This document shows positions 8,875-18,678 of a stretch of DNA of 64,000 nucleotides, piece by piece. The position numbers were made by a program, and so were the translations under genes. The notes under the pieces were generated by a model. It made no database searches. It saw only the letters and a program-made list of their open reading frames with translations, and was not told the DNA's origin. The first letter of the stretch is position 1. Every line of letters starts with the position of its first letter. This DNA is from a virus: IMG/VR virus record IMGVR_UViG_3300027971_000031, positions 32,001 to 96,000 of that record; one strand, given 5' to 3'.

Positions 8875-10635
8875 GTGAATAAAGAACAACTGATTATAGA
8901 GTTAACGAAGTGTATGAGGAATACTCCTTATGCACTTCGAACTTATTTACAGACATACGATAATACCGTATCAAAATACGTCCCATTAGATTTATTCCCC
9001 GACCAAGTTAGTTTAATCGAAGATTACGACAAACACAATGAAAATATTGCGTTAAAGTATCGTCAGGCGGGTGTAACAACCGTAACCGCAGCTTGGATAT
9101 CAAAAAAATTGGCATTCGCCCAAAAGAACAAACCTGAAAAAATTCTTATTATTGCCAACAAGTTAGATACGTCAATGGAGATGGCTAACAAAGTTAGAGG
9201 GTTTACCGAACAATGGCCTGCGTGGGTTGGTATTTCATTTTCAAAAGAAAAAAACTCTCAAAGACACTTTAAACTTAATAATAATTGTGAAGTTAAAGCC
9301 GTTGCAACATCAAAAGATGCCTTGAGGGGTTATACTCCTACCATTCTTGTATTTGATGAGGCGGCGTTTATCGAGGCAGACTCAGATTTCTGGTCAGCTT
9401 GTATGGCATCCCTATCTACAGGGGGTAAAGTTATCGTTGTGTCTACACCAAACGGATATGACCAAATCTATTATGAAATCTACGACCAGTCATTAAGAAA
9501 CATGAACGATTTTAAAATATCTGAGATGTTTTGGTATCGTGACCCAAGATATACAAAAGATTTGTATATGGTTAAAACTCCTGACTTGGTACATTTTCTA
9601 TTAAACAGAGAAGAATATAATGATAAAGATATCATTAGTTTGTCGATGGATAATCCATACGAAAGAGACCACTCTGTCGTAACTGACTATATTGAACAAG
9701 GATACAAACCATGTTCTGCTTGGTTTGAGGGGATGGTTAAGAAGTTAAAGTTTGATAGAAGAAAAGTAGCACAGGAATTAGAATGTGACTTTTTAGGTTC
9801 GGGTGATAATGTATTCGAATCTGAATTGATGCAAGAAATATCTAAAAATACTTTACGTGAACCACAAGCCAAACTAATGGGAGGTTCCCTATGGATATTT
9901 AAAGAGCCTGTAAACGGACATAAGTACGTAATGGGTGTCGATGTATCAAGAGGTGACTCTGAGGACTTCTCGTGTATCCAAATCATCGATTTTGATGAAA
10001 GGGAACAGGTATTAGAATATGTTGCCAAAGTTCCGCCAGATGTTGTGGCAGAAATTGCTTATAAATGGGGAACAATGTACAATGCTTACTGTGTTATTGA
10101 TATTACAGGAGGTATGGGTATTTCCACATCAAGAAAATTACAAGAATTATCATATCAAGCCGGATTATATGTTGACAATGTTGATACGACTAATAAATGG
10201 AAATGGGACCCAAAAATTAATGACAGAATACCAGGTATTAACTTTAACTCAAAAAGGGTTCAAATTATCTCGGCGTTTGAAGAAAATGTTAGACATGGAT
10301 TTAAAGTATATTCAAATAGATTATACAATGAAATGAATACATTCATTTATATTAACGGAAGACCTGACCACCAAAAAGGTCATCATGATGACTGTATCAT
10401 GGGGGTTTCTATGGCGTTATATGTTGCGGAAAAATCATTCCAATCTTTGGAAAAGGTTACCAATCATACTAAAGCCATGATTAACTCATGGGCCACTAAC
10501 GTTAATGAAAACAAAAACTCTTCTGAATTCTTTAATCCAATGGTTCCTCAAATGGGTAGAGGTAATGGTATGGGTAATAATGGTGAAGCTACTAAAGCAG
10601 ATTACCAAAAGTACGGATGGCTATTTGGTGGATAA
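8875..10635 (+). CDS. Terminase large subunit (T4 gp17-like)
   Basis: LFPDQ adenine-binding motif, KYRQAGVTT, Walker B LVFDEAAF, STPNG, nuclease GVDVSRG and HDDCIM; GTG start. Confidence 0.95.
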   Translation: MNKEQLIIELTKCMRNTPYALRTYLQTYDNTVSKYVPLDLFPDQVSLIEDYDKHNENIALKYRQAGVTTVTAAWISKKLAFAQKNKPEKILIIANKLDTSMEMANKVRGFTEQWPAWVGISFSKEKNSQRHFKLNNNCEVKAVATSKDALRGYTPTILVFDEAAFIEADSDFWSACMASLSTGGKVIVVSTPNGYDQIYYEIYDQSLRNMNDFKISEMFWYRDPRYTKDLYMVKTPDLVHFLLNREEYNDKDIISLSMDNPYERDHSVVTDYIEQGYKPCSAWFEGMVKKLKFDRRKVAQELECDFLGSGDNVFESELMQEISKNTLREPQAKLMGGSLWIFKEPVNGHKYVMGVDVSRGDSEDFSCIQIIDFDEREQVLEYVAKVPPDVVAEIAYKWGTMYNAYCVIDITGGMGISTSRKLQELSYQAGLYVDNVDTTNKWKWDPKINDRIPGINFNSKRVQIISAFEENVRHGFKVYSNRLYNEMNTFIYINGRPDHQKGHHDDCIMGVSMALYVAEKSFQSLEKVTNHTKAMINSWATNVNENKNSSEFFNPMVPQMGRGNGMGNNGEATKADYQKYGWLFGG

Positions 10636-10675
10636 TAAGTATTTATATTATCAAAGTAATTAGTAAAATTGTAAT

Positions 10676-12529
10676 ATGAGTGAACAAAATCTAACGGTCT
10701 GGCAGAGGCTATCGCAAACATTCGGCCCAAATTCACTGTTGAAACAGGACTATCCGACTTTTAAGTTTGATAAAAAAGAACTTCTGCGTACGCCAAATCG
10801 TGATGATTATGAGAGAGAAAAACTTCAAGCACAACAAACATTTTATTTAACAAATCAATGGGCTAAAGTTGAAAACAACTTATATTCTCAAGCGATTTAT
10901 TATGAACCATCAAGATTATCTGCTCAGTATGATTATGAATCGATGGAATATACTCCTGAAATTTCTGCAGCATTAGACATTTATTCTGAAGAATCTACAA
11001 CAACAAATGAAGATGGTTTTATTCTTCAAATTTATTCTGAGTCAAAAAGAATTAAATCAGTATTAGCTGATTTATTTAACAATGCCCTTGACATCAATAC
11101 TAACTTACAAATGTGGACAAGAAACACTTGTAAGTATGGTGATAATTTTGTTTATATGAAATTAGACCCTGAAAAAGGTATTGTTGGTTGTCAACAATTA
11201 CCAACAATTGAAATTGAACGTCATGAGGTTGGTGTAACCGCTAAGATTACTGTGGATATCACACAGGAACAAGACCAGAATAAGAAGGCTCTTCACTTTA
11301 CTTGGAAAAACAGAAACATGGAATTCCAATCATGGGAGATTGCTCACTTTAGATTATTAGGTGATGACAGAAAACTTCCATATGGTACATCAATGTTAGA
11401 AAAAGCAAGACGTATTTGGAAACAGTTATTGTTATCAGAAGATGCCATGTTAATCTATCGTACATCAAGAGCACCTGAAAGAAGAATGTTTAAAGTGTTT
11501 GTGGGTAACATGAATGACGATGATGTTGAAGCATACGTAAACCGTGTTGCGAACAAATTTAAAAGAGAACAAATTGTGGACGCTAAAACAGGAAACGTAG
11601 ATATGAGATTCAACCAAATGGCGGTTGACCAAGATTACTTCATTCCAGTTCGTGACCCTGCAGCACCAGACCCAATTACAACATTACCCGGAGCTACAAA
11701 CTTATCAGAAATTGCCGATATTGAATATATCCAAAAGAAATTATTAACCGCACTTCGTGTTCCTAAGGCATTCTTAGGATTTGAAGAAGTTGTTGGTGAT
11801 GGTAAAAACTTATCATTACAAGATATCCGTTTTGCTCGTACAATCAACAGAATTCAAAAAAGTATGATTGCCGAGTTAAATAAAATTGCAATTGTTCACT
11901 TATTTTTATTAGGATTTGAAGATGAATTACAAAACTTTACATTAGGTTTATCTAATCCATCAACACAAGCCGATTTATTAAAAATTGACGTATGGAAAGA
12001 AAAAGTGTTATTGTATAAAGATTTGGTTGCCGACCCAGGAAATGGTATTCAACCTACATCATCAACTTGGGCTAAGAAACATATCTTTAACTGGTCTGAT
12101 GAAGAAATCAGATTGGATTTACAACAACAAAGAATTGAAAGAGCTGTTGGAGAGGAACTTAAAGCAACTCCGACAGTTATTACCAAAACAGGATTATTTG
12201 ATAATATTGATAAGTTATATGGTAATCCGTCTGGGTCAACTGCAAATGCTGCGACAACTACAGATAGTGAAAATACGGGTGCCGTACCATCATTTGGAGG
12301 AGGAGGTTTTGAAACAGCTCCACCACCAGCAGGTGAAGAAGCTCCACCAGCAGGAGGTGAAACAGCACCGCCACCAGCAGGTGAAGTAACACCTGAATCT
12401 AAAAGAGCAAATATGAATATTTTATTAGAAAATAATTTTGCAGAAAAATCAAGATTTTTAAATTTGAATCAAGGTCAAGATTCTTTGGGAGAAATTTCAA
12501 AAGAATTGGATAAGTTACTAAATTCGTAA
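10676..12529 (+). CDS. Portal protein (T4 gp20-like)
   Basis: PEISAALDIY, LLSEDAMLIYRTSRAPERRMF, DYFIPVR, ITTLPG, DIEY..KKL..ALRVPK, DIRFARTINRIQ. Confidence 0.95.
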   Translation: MSEQNLTVWQRLSQTFGPNSLLKQDYPTFKFDKKELLRTPNRDDYEREKLQAQQTFYLTNQWAKVENNLYSQAIYYEPSRLSAQYDYESMEYTPEISAALDIYSEESTTTNEDGFILQIYSESKRIKSVLADLFNNALDINTNLQMWTRNTCKYGDNFVYMKLDPEKGIVGCQQLPTIEIERHEVGVTAKITVDITQEQDQNKKALHFTWKNRNMEFQSWEIAHFRLLGDDRKLPYGTSMLEKARRIWKQLLLSEDAMLIYRTSRAPERRMFKVFVGNMNDDDVEAYVNRVANKFKREQIVDAKTGNVDMRFNQMAVDQDYFIPVRDPAAPDPITTLPGATNLSEIADIEYIQKKLLTALRVPKAFLGFEEVVGDGKNLSLQDIRFARTINRIQKSMIAELNKIAIVHLFLLGFEDELQNFTLGLSNPSTQADLLKIDVWKEKVLLYKDLVADPGNGIQPTSSTWAKKHIFNWSDEEIRLDLQQQRIERAVGEELKATPTVITKTGLFDNIDKLYGNPSGSTANAATTTDSENTGAVPSFGGGGFETAPPPAGEEAPPAGGETAPPPAGEVTPESKRANMNILLENNFAEKSRFLNLNQGQDSLGEISKELDKLLNS

Positions 12530-12552
12530 TATTTATATTGAAAATAGACAAA

Positions 12553-13254
12553 ATGACTTTCGGACAAATTAAATCCATAATTGAAAACAATTTATTAGAA
12601 TCCTACAAAAATGAGCAGGAATTTAAAAAATCGTTAAAAGAGTTCAAACATAATGTTTTGAACAATAAGAATATGTCAAAATTATATTCTTTATACGACC
12701 AATTAACTACACCTCAAGGATTAACCGAAGCCGATGCAAAAGATTTCTTGGAAGAAGGGATTACCTTAATTCAAAAATTGGTGCCAACAATTAAAACACC
12801 AAAAACAACATATGAGAATGTTTCAAACAAATATTCTGATATTGATTCGTTAGTTTATACTAACAAATTGGATTTAATGGAAAGAGTTCAATCAAAGAAG
12901 ACTTTGATTAAGACATTGGTTTCACAAAAACCTGAAACTATAAAGGAATCAATTAATATTCCTTTAAAATCTATGGTTAGTATTGCAAACCAAACAATGA
13001 AGGGTTATCTTGATAATCTTGACGAATCAACCAAAAAAGAATTCATCCAATTAATGTCTGAAGATACTTCATTACTTCAAGAAAAATTTGAAACTTTAAA
13101 AGAAAGTACAATCTCTAAATTGAACACTCTATTAGAAAACGAAAATGAATTTGAAATTAAGACAAAATTGTCTGAAACAATTGATAGATTGAAAGTTGAA
13201 AAATTTGACCAACTTAATTTCCTTAAGTTAAAGAACTTAGAAGAATCAATCTAA
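12553..13254 (+). CDS. Hypothetical head-module protein
   Basis: Helical protein downstream of portal; ATG 12553 preferred to TTG 12538; TATTTATA at 12530-12537. Confidence 0.7.
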   Translation: MTFGQIKSIIENNLLESYKNEQEFKKSLKEFKHNVLNNKNMSKLYSLYDQLTTPQGLTEADAKDFLEEGITLIQKLVPTIKTPKTTYENVSNKYSDIDSLVYTNKLDLMERVQSKKTLIKTLVSQKPETIKESINIPLKSMVSIANQTMKGYLDNLDESTKKEFIQLMSEDTSLLQEKFETLKESTISKLNTLLENENEFEIKTKLSETIDRLKVEKFDQLNFLKLKNLEESI

Positions 13255-13434
13255 TTTAGATTTCATCTTTTGAACGTAAGAAGCTTTCAACTTTTGTTGT
13301 CTTCTTTCCACCGACTTTTTAACAAATTCTTTTTTACCAAACAACATCTGATTTTGTTTAGTTTTAATTACTTTTGACTTTAATGTCTTTAGGGCCCTTT
13401 CTATCCCATCTTTTTTTACATCTACTTTTAACAT
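13246..13434 (-). CDS. rpsU: Phage-encoded ribosomal protein bS21
   Basis: MLKVDVKKDGIERALKTLKSKV.KTK......KKEFVKKSVERR matches the bS21 pattern (IERALK.FK.K...EF.KPS..RR); ATG at 13434. Confidence 0.85.
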   Translation of the reverse strand: MLKVDVKKDGIERALKTLKSKVIKTKQNQMLFGKKEFVKKSVERRQQKLKASYVQKMKSKLD

Positions 13435-13533
13435 ATAATACAAATATCTTAATATTTCAGAAAGTTTTTGACAATAGAACTAATTTTTATTATTATTTTA
13501 ACAAATAAATAAACATTGACAATATGAAACTTA

Positions 13534-13965
13534 ATGAAAAAAGGAAAAAGTGTAAAGTTAAATCTGTATAATCCAATTAAATCTGTCTACGGAACAGTAG
13601 ATTCAAAAAATTTAAAATCATTATACATTAACATACAATCATGGGTAACACCTAAATTTGAACATAACAATTGGAATAGAGTTGTTTGTAATCTTAGCCG
13701 AGATATTAAACATTCGGTATTCAACTCAATAAACCACGAATTATTTAAAGAACAAAGTATAGTTGATTTGGACCTTAGGACAAGTGGTATTTCACACGGT
13801 AAAAAATCTTTTTTAAACTTAGAGGTTAATTTATATACCAACAATGAAATAGATTTTAAATGTCCTGAAATAAAAGATTCGGTTAAAGCAATCATTAAAA
13901 ACATAGTTAAAGAGAATGTAATCCAAAACAAATACTTCGAATTTTCACCTTCTAAAAACGATTAA
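13534..13965 (+). CDS. Hypothetical protein
   Basis: 143-aa ORF; TTGACA at 13468-13473 upstream. Confidence 0.75.
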   Translation: MKKGKSVKLNLYNPIKSVYGTVDSKNLKSLYINIQSWVTPKFEHNNWNRVVCNLSRDIKHSVFNSINHELFKEQSIVDLDLRTSGISHGKKSFLNLEVNLYTNNEIDFKCPEIKDSVKAIIKNIVKENVIQNKYFEFSPSKND

Positions 13966-14010
13966 TATTAAAAAGATAGTAATATCGTATATTTATCTTA
14001 AAAAGAATTC

Positions 14011-14733
14011 ATGAAACAATTAAGAATTTTAGAAGCAAGCGAAGTAGGTCATGGAATATTGGTTGAAACCGACGCAGGTTGGATATCACCAAAAGATATT
14101 CGTAACGCCGAGATGTTAAGAGAAGCAAAGGAGTTAGATTATAGAAATCCTTTTGAATTTTATGCGGTATTACAAAAATACGATACACCAAATAGAAACG
14201 GAAGATTTTATCCTGAAAGAATATTAAAGAGAGAAGCAATAAACTATCAAAAAGCAATTGAAAAGGGTTTATCCACTTCAGAACTTAATCACCCTGAATC
14301 GTCTTTAATTGACTTAGATAGGGTATCTCACATCATCACAGAGATATGGTGGGATAGAAATATCTTAATGGGTAAACTTAAATTGTTAACATCGCCAGGT
14401 TTTCATGAAAGAGGTATTGTTTCCACTAAAGGAGACCAAGCAGCTAACTTAATGAGACAAGGTGTTACTATGGGTGTTTCTTCAAGAGGTGTAGGTTCGT
14501 TGAAAAAGGTTGGTGAAAGAAATGAAGTACAAGACGATTTTGAATTAATCTGTTTTGATTTGGTATCATCTCCATCAACACCAGGAGCTTATTTATTTAC
14601 GAATCCTGATGATAGAGATAAGTACGAAGAGAACTTGGAAGAAGAAAAAAAATACAAATCACCTGAAAATTCGGAATTTCAAACTAAAGGAGTTGACTTA
14701 ATGAGAAAATTAACCGATTATTTGGGAAAATAA
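14011..14733 (+). CDS. Prohead core protein protease (T4 gp21-like)
   Basis: NRNGRFYP, ELNHP, VSHII, GVSSRGVGS, DLVSSPSTPGA. Confidence 0.95.
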   Translation: MKQLRILEASEVGHGILVETDAGWISPKDIRNAEMLREAKELDYRNPFEFYAVLQKYDTPNRNGRFYPERILKREAINYQKAIEKGLSTSELNHPESSLIDLDRVSHIITEIWWDRNILMGKLKLLTSPGFHERGIVSTKGDQAANLMRQGVTMGVSSRGVGSLKKVGERNEVQDDFELICFDLVSSPSTPGAYLFTNPDDRDKYEENLEEEKKYKSPENSEFQTKGVDLMRKLTDYLGK

Positions 14734-14739
14734 TAAATT

Positions 14740-14949
14740 ATGGACGAAAAATATTTTGTAGCGAAAATTCAGTATGACTTACCTGATGAGAATACTGGTA
14801 AAATCAAAAAAATCAGAGAAGAGAAATTAGTTAAAGGTTTTTCAGTAACAGATGTCGAAGCAAAGGTTACGGAAAAATACCAAGGGTTTACAAATGATTG
14901 GAGAATTACTTCAGTATCAGAAAGTAAAATTGATGAGGTAATCGAATAA
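14740..14949 (+). CDS. DUF4494-like protein
   Basis: YFVAKIQY...GKIKKIREEKLV...SVTDVEA..T.......I.SVSESKI resembles the Bacteroidota DUF4494 family. Confidence 0.65.
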   Translation: MDEKYFVAKIQYDLPDENTGKIKKIREEKLVKGFSVTDVEAKVTEKYQGFTNDWRITSVSESKIDEVIE

Positions 14950-14972
14950 TTAAATTTTAAACAAATTAAATT

Positions 14973-15000
14973 AAAGTGGTCATAATCGACCACTTTTTTT
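14973..15000 (+). terminator. Rho-independent terminator
   Basis: AAAGTGGTC-ataatc-GACCACTTT plus T run. Confidence 0.8.
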
Positions 15001-15103
15001 ATGCTCCGAATTTTTTACATAAAATAAAATTAAGATTGTGTTACCCTAAAAGTGAATTTTTTATTATTTGACACTATTTATATTGTAAAAATAATAGATT
15101 TTC

Positions 15104-16663
15104 ATGAAAGAAAACAAATTAGTCCAAGAGGCTCTTATTCAAATGAGACAAGTTGAAGAAGCTATAGCCGAAAATGCAAAAGGAATACTTGCTTCAACTA
15201 TGAAGGAAGAAATCAACCAATTAGTAAAAGAATCTCTTTCTGAACAGGATGATGAAAATGAGATTGATTTAGATGCAGACGTTGATACGGATGCTGATAA
15301 CGATGAAATGGAAATGGATATCGATACAGATATGGACATGGACTCTGATGAAGAGGATATGGATATGGATGTTGACATGGATATGGACATGGATTCAGAA
15401 GAAAGTCCAATAGATTTAACTGACGCTTCTGACGAGGAAATCTTGAAAGTATTCAAAGCTATGGGTGAAGATGACGGTATCATTGTAAAAAAAGATGGTG
15501 AAAACGTTCATTTAACTGATGATGATGCTGACGTAGAATATCTTGTTAAGCTTGGTGAGTCTGAAGAAGACGAATTAATGCAAGAAGACGATATGAATTA
15601 CGACGAACGAGATGAATCTGTTGATGACGTTATTAACGCTATTTTCTCTGATAATGGTGATTCATCAGATGTTGAAGATTTTGACGATGAAGAAGAAGTT
15701 GTTTATGAAATAACTTTAGACGATGATGATGACGAAATGATGGACGATGATGATGACGAAATGATGGACGATGATGATGACGAAATGATGGATGATTCAG
15801 AAATGAGGGAAGAAGATGACATGGACGATTTAACAAATGAAACTTACAAACCTAAAGGTGTTGGAATGGGCTCAGGTCCTAAATTTTCTTACAAAGATAA
15901 AGCTAAAGGCGGATTTGATGAAAAGAAAAAAGTAGGTCCTAAATCAGTTGGTACTGGTAAAGCAAAATTTGAATACAAGAAAGGTGAAAATATGGGAGGT
16001 AAATCCAAAGTTGTTAAAGCAGAAACTAAAGAAGGTGATTACGGAATGAATAGAGGTGATAAATCTAAAACCATGAAAGGTAAAGAAGATTACACTACTA
16101 AAAAAGGTATGACAAATTCTAAAGGAGAAAAAGCTTTTGAAAAAACTGAAACAAAAGAAGCAGCTAGAACATACGGAATGGGTTCCAAAGAAGGTAGAGG
16201 ATTAAGAAAAGGCATCACAAATAACAGAAACTATGTTTATGGTAAAAATGGTGTTAAAGTTGAATCAACTACTTCAGAAGAAGTTAGAATGTTGAGAGAA
16301 AAGAATGAAGAGTACAGAAAAGCATTGAATGTGTTTAGAGAAAAACTTAACGAAGTTGCAATCTTTAATTCAAACTTAGCTTACGCAACAAGATTGTTCA
16401 CAGAGCACTCAACCACTAAAAAAGAAAAAATAAACATCCTAAGAAGATTCGATGATGTTGAAACTTTAAAAGAATCTAAAAATCTTTATAAGTCAATCAA
16501 AGACGAATTAAATACTGTGGATACAAAATCAATTAACGAATCGGTAGCAACAAAACTAAACAAATCAGTTTCTACAGGTTCATCAACAACTCTAATTGAA
16601 TCAAAAACTTATGAAAATCCTCAATTCTTAAGAATGAAGGACTTAATGGGTAAATTAGGTTAA
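15104..16663 (+). CDS. Prohead scaffolding/core protein (gp22-like)
   Basis: Very acidic N-half, coiled-coil C-terminus (LNEVAIFNSNLAY...RFD...LKESK.LY); lies between protease and capsid genes. Confidence 0.8.
   Translation: MKENKLVQEALIQMRQVEEAIAENAKGILASTMKEEINQLVKESLSEQDDENEIDLDADVDTDADNDEMEMDIDTDMDMDSDEEDMDMDVDMDMDMDSEESPIDLTDASDEEILKVFKAMGEDDGIIVKKDGENVHLTDDDADVEYLVKLGESEEDELMQEDDMNYDERDESVDDVINAIFSDNGDSSDVEDFDDEEEVVYEITLDDDDDEMMDDDDDEMMDDDDDEMMDDSEMREEDDMDDLTNETYKPKGVGMGSGPKFSYKDKAKGGFDEKKKVGPKSVGTGKAKFEYKKGENMGGKSKVVKAETKEGDYGMNRGDKSKTMKGKEDYTTKKGMTNSKGEKAFEKTETKEAARTYGMGSKEGRGLRKGITNNRNYVYGKNGVKVESTTSEEVRMLREKNEEYRKALNVFREKLNEVAIFNSNLAYATRLFTEHSTTKKEKINILRRFDDVETLKESKNLYKSIKDELNTVDTKSINESVATKLNKSVSTGSSTTLIESKTYENPQFLRMKDLMGKLG
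15719..15790 (+). repeat. Perfect 24-bp tandem repeat x3 (DDDDDEMM)
   Basis: gacgatgatgatgacgaaatgatg at 15719, 15743 and 15767. Confidence 0.9.
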
Positions 16664-16707
16664 AAAAATAAAAATAAAATAAACTTAAAAACAAAACAAA
16701 TACTAAA

Positions 16708-18513
16708 ATGGGAGCATTATTAGAATCAGGTCTTGTAGGTAACATCGGGTTAAAACACCTTAAAGTTATCAAAGAAGACACAATCAACAAATGGGACAAA
16801 TTAGGCTTTTTAGAAGGTCTTAAAGGTCACATGAGAGAAAACGTAGCACAATTATACGAAAACCAAGCATCGTTCTTAATTAACGAAGCATCATCTACAT
16901 CTGACACAGGTGCATTTGAAACAGTTGTTTTCCCAATTGTAAGACGTGTATTCTCTAAATTATTAGCGAATGACATCGTATCAGTACAAGCAATGAACTT
17001 ACCTATCGGTAAATTATTTTACTTTGTACCTAACATTCAGGCTTACACTGACCCAGCTAACTTAGCTACTACAGGTATTCACTACCCACCTTATGGTTCA
17101 CCAAACGCTGCGGCTGACCAAACACCAAACAGTGGTTATGACTACAACAACACTAAAGACCTTTACGATAGATTCTACGAAGGTAACGAACCAGCGTTAG
17201 ACCCACCAGGTTTATTCGACTATTCTAAAGGACAATATTCTGCAATCACAGCTCCAGTTGTAACTGTATCTTGGTTAGCAGACCAATTGGTTCCTTCAGC
17301 TTACACTACAGACAACTATAGAAAAGTTCTTATTGTTATGTCAGGTTTTGCAGCTGATGGTGCTGGTAAATTAATCGGTCCTGATGGTCAACCAATGGAT
17401 AACGAAGCGTTTTTATCTGATTTAACTATCTATGGTGTTGCAGGTAATAACTACACTTCAGGAAACACAAGTAACCCTTACTTATTTAGAGTTGTAACTC
17501 AAAGATATGGTAAAGGTATTGTACAATACGGTAATAACAACTCTACGTTAGTATTCCCTAACAGTAAAACTGATGGTGGTCAATATGACAACATGTGTGA
17601 TGCTGAAGGTAAAATCTACTTAGAAGTTGATTTACAAGTACCAGTTTGTATTACTTGTGGTGGTTCTATGGACGGTTACACAGGTTCAACATTCTCTTCA
17701 GATACAACAAGTAATGATGCATTTACTGCAACTTACAGAATCTACAAAAACTTAGAATTTGAAGATAGAATTGGTGAGGTATCTTTCGACCTTATGTCAG
17801 TTACAGTTTCTGTAACAGAAAGAAAATTAAGAGCTCAATGGTCTCCAGAAATGGCACAAGACGTTGCAGCATTCCACAACATCGATGCTGAAGCTGAATT
17901 AACAGCTTTATTATCTGAGCAAGTTGCGGCTGAAATCGACCGTGAAATCTTAAGAGATTTACGTAAAGGTGCGGCTTGGAACTTACGTTGGGATTACAAT
18001 GGTTGGAAACGTCTTGGTTCAAGTGCAGTTCCTTACACTCAAAAAGACTGGAATCAAACGTTGATTACAGCTATCAACCAAATTTCGGCTCAAATCCACA
18101 AATCTACCTTAAGAGGTGGAGCTAACTGGATTGTTGTTTCTTCTGAAATCAGTGCTATCTTTGATGACTTGGAGTACTTCCACGTATCAAATGCAGCTCC
18201 TGAGCAAGACCAATACAACATGGGTATTGAAAGAGTTGGTACATTAGCTGGTCGTTACCAAGTGTATAGAGACCCTTACTTCCCACCAAACCAAGTGTTG
18301 TTGGGTCACAAAGGTACGTCTTTACTTGACACAGGTTATATCTACGCACCGTATGTACCTCTACAATTAACACCTACAATGTACAATCCATTCAACTTTA
18401 CACCTATCAAAGGTATAATGACGAGATACGCTAAGAAAATGGTTAATAACCGTTTCTACGGACGTATCACGGTTGATGGTGTACGTACATTCGATTTAAG
18501 AGAATTGAGATAA
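16708..18513 (+). CDS. Major capsid protein (T4 gp23-like)
   Basis: PIVRRVF, VSVQAM..P.G..FY, RKLRAQWSPEMAQD..AFH.IDAEAEL, EIDREI, YAPYVPL, GIMTRY. Confidence 0.96.
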   Translation: MGALLESGLVGNIGLKHLKVIKEDTINKWDKLGFLEGLKGHMRENVAQLYENQASFLINEASSTSDTGAFETVVFPIVRRVFSKLLANDIVSVQAMNLPIGKLFYFVPNIQAYTDPANLATTGIHYPPYGSPNAAADQTPNSGYDYNNTKDLYDRFYEGNEPALDPPGLFDYSKGQYSAITAPVVTVSWLADQLVPSAYTTDNYRKVLIVMSGFAADGAGKLIGPDGQPMDNEAFLSDLTIYGVAGNNYTSGNTSNPYLFRVVTQRYGKGIVQYGNNNSTLVFPNSKTDGGQYDNMCDAEGKIYLEVDLQVPVCITCGGSMDGYTGSTFSSDTTSNDAFTATYRIYKNLEFEDRIGEVSFDLMSVTVSVTERKLRAQWSPEMAQDVAAFHNIDAEAELTALLSEQVAAEIDREILRDLRKGAAWNLRWDYNGWKRLGSSAVPYTQKDWNQTLITAINQISAQIHKSTLRGGANWIVVSSEISAIFDDLEYFHVSNAAPEQDQYNMGIERVGTLAGRYQVYRDPYFPPNQVLLGHKGTSLLDTGYIYAPYVPLQLTPTMYNPFNFTPIKGIMTRYAKKMVNNRFYGRITVDGVRTFDLRELR

Positions 18514-18534
18514 TCAATATCTTATTTAGATACC

Positions 18535-18566
18535 AAAAAGGGGACAAGAAATTGTCTCCTTTTTTT
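18535..18566 (+). terminator. Rho-independent terminator after major capsid gene
   Basis: AAAAAGGGGACAA-gaaa-TTGTCTCCTTTTTTT. Confidence 0.85.
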
Positions 18567-18610
18567 ATTTACAGGAAAATTAAATTGTATATATTTATTA
18601 TTAGATTTTA

Positions 18611-18678
18611 GATTATCAGTCCCCAACCCTAAGAAGTTGTTGAGTGTTCACGGACACAAAGGTATTGGTAACATAGTC
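18611..18678 (+). ncRNA. Candidate structured 5' leader RNA (three-way junction)
   Basis: P1 TATCAGT 18614-20/ATTGGTA 18664-70; P2 CAAC/GTTG; P3 GTGTT-CACG-GACAC; relatively GC-rich stretch just downstream of TATTTATT 18592-18599. Confidence 0.35.

Noticed and set aside
8875-10635. Intein/intron in terminase (also checked PolB 60852-63581), and apparent loss of the Walker A Lys
   Set aside because: No intein termini, homing endonuclease motifs or frame breaks were seen; deviant Walker A motifs are common in T4-like terminases
18611-18678. Hammerhead ribozyme
   Set aside because: The topology is superficially similar, but the CUGAUGA and GAAA core nucleotides are not present (UUGUUGA / CAAAG)
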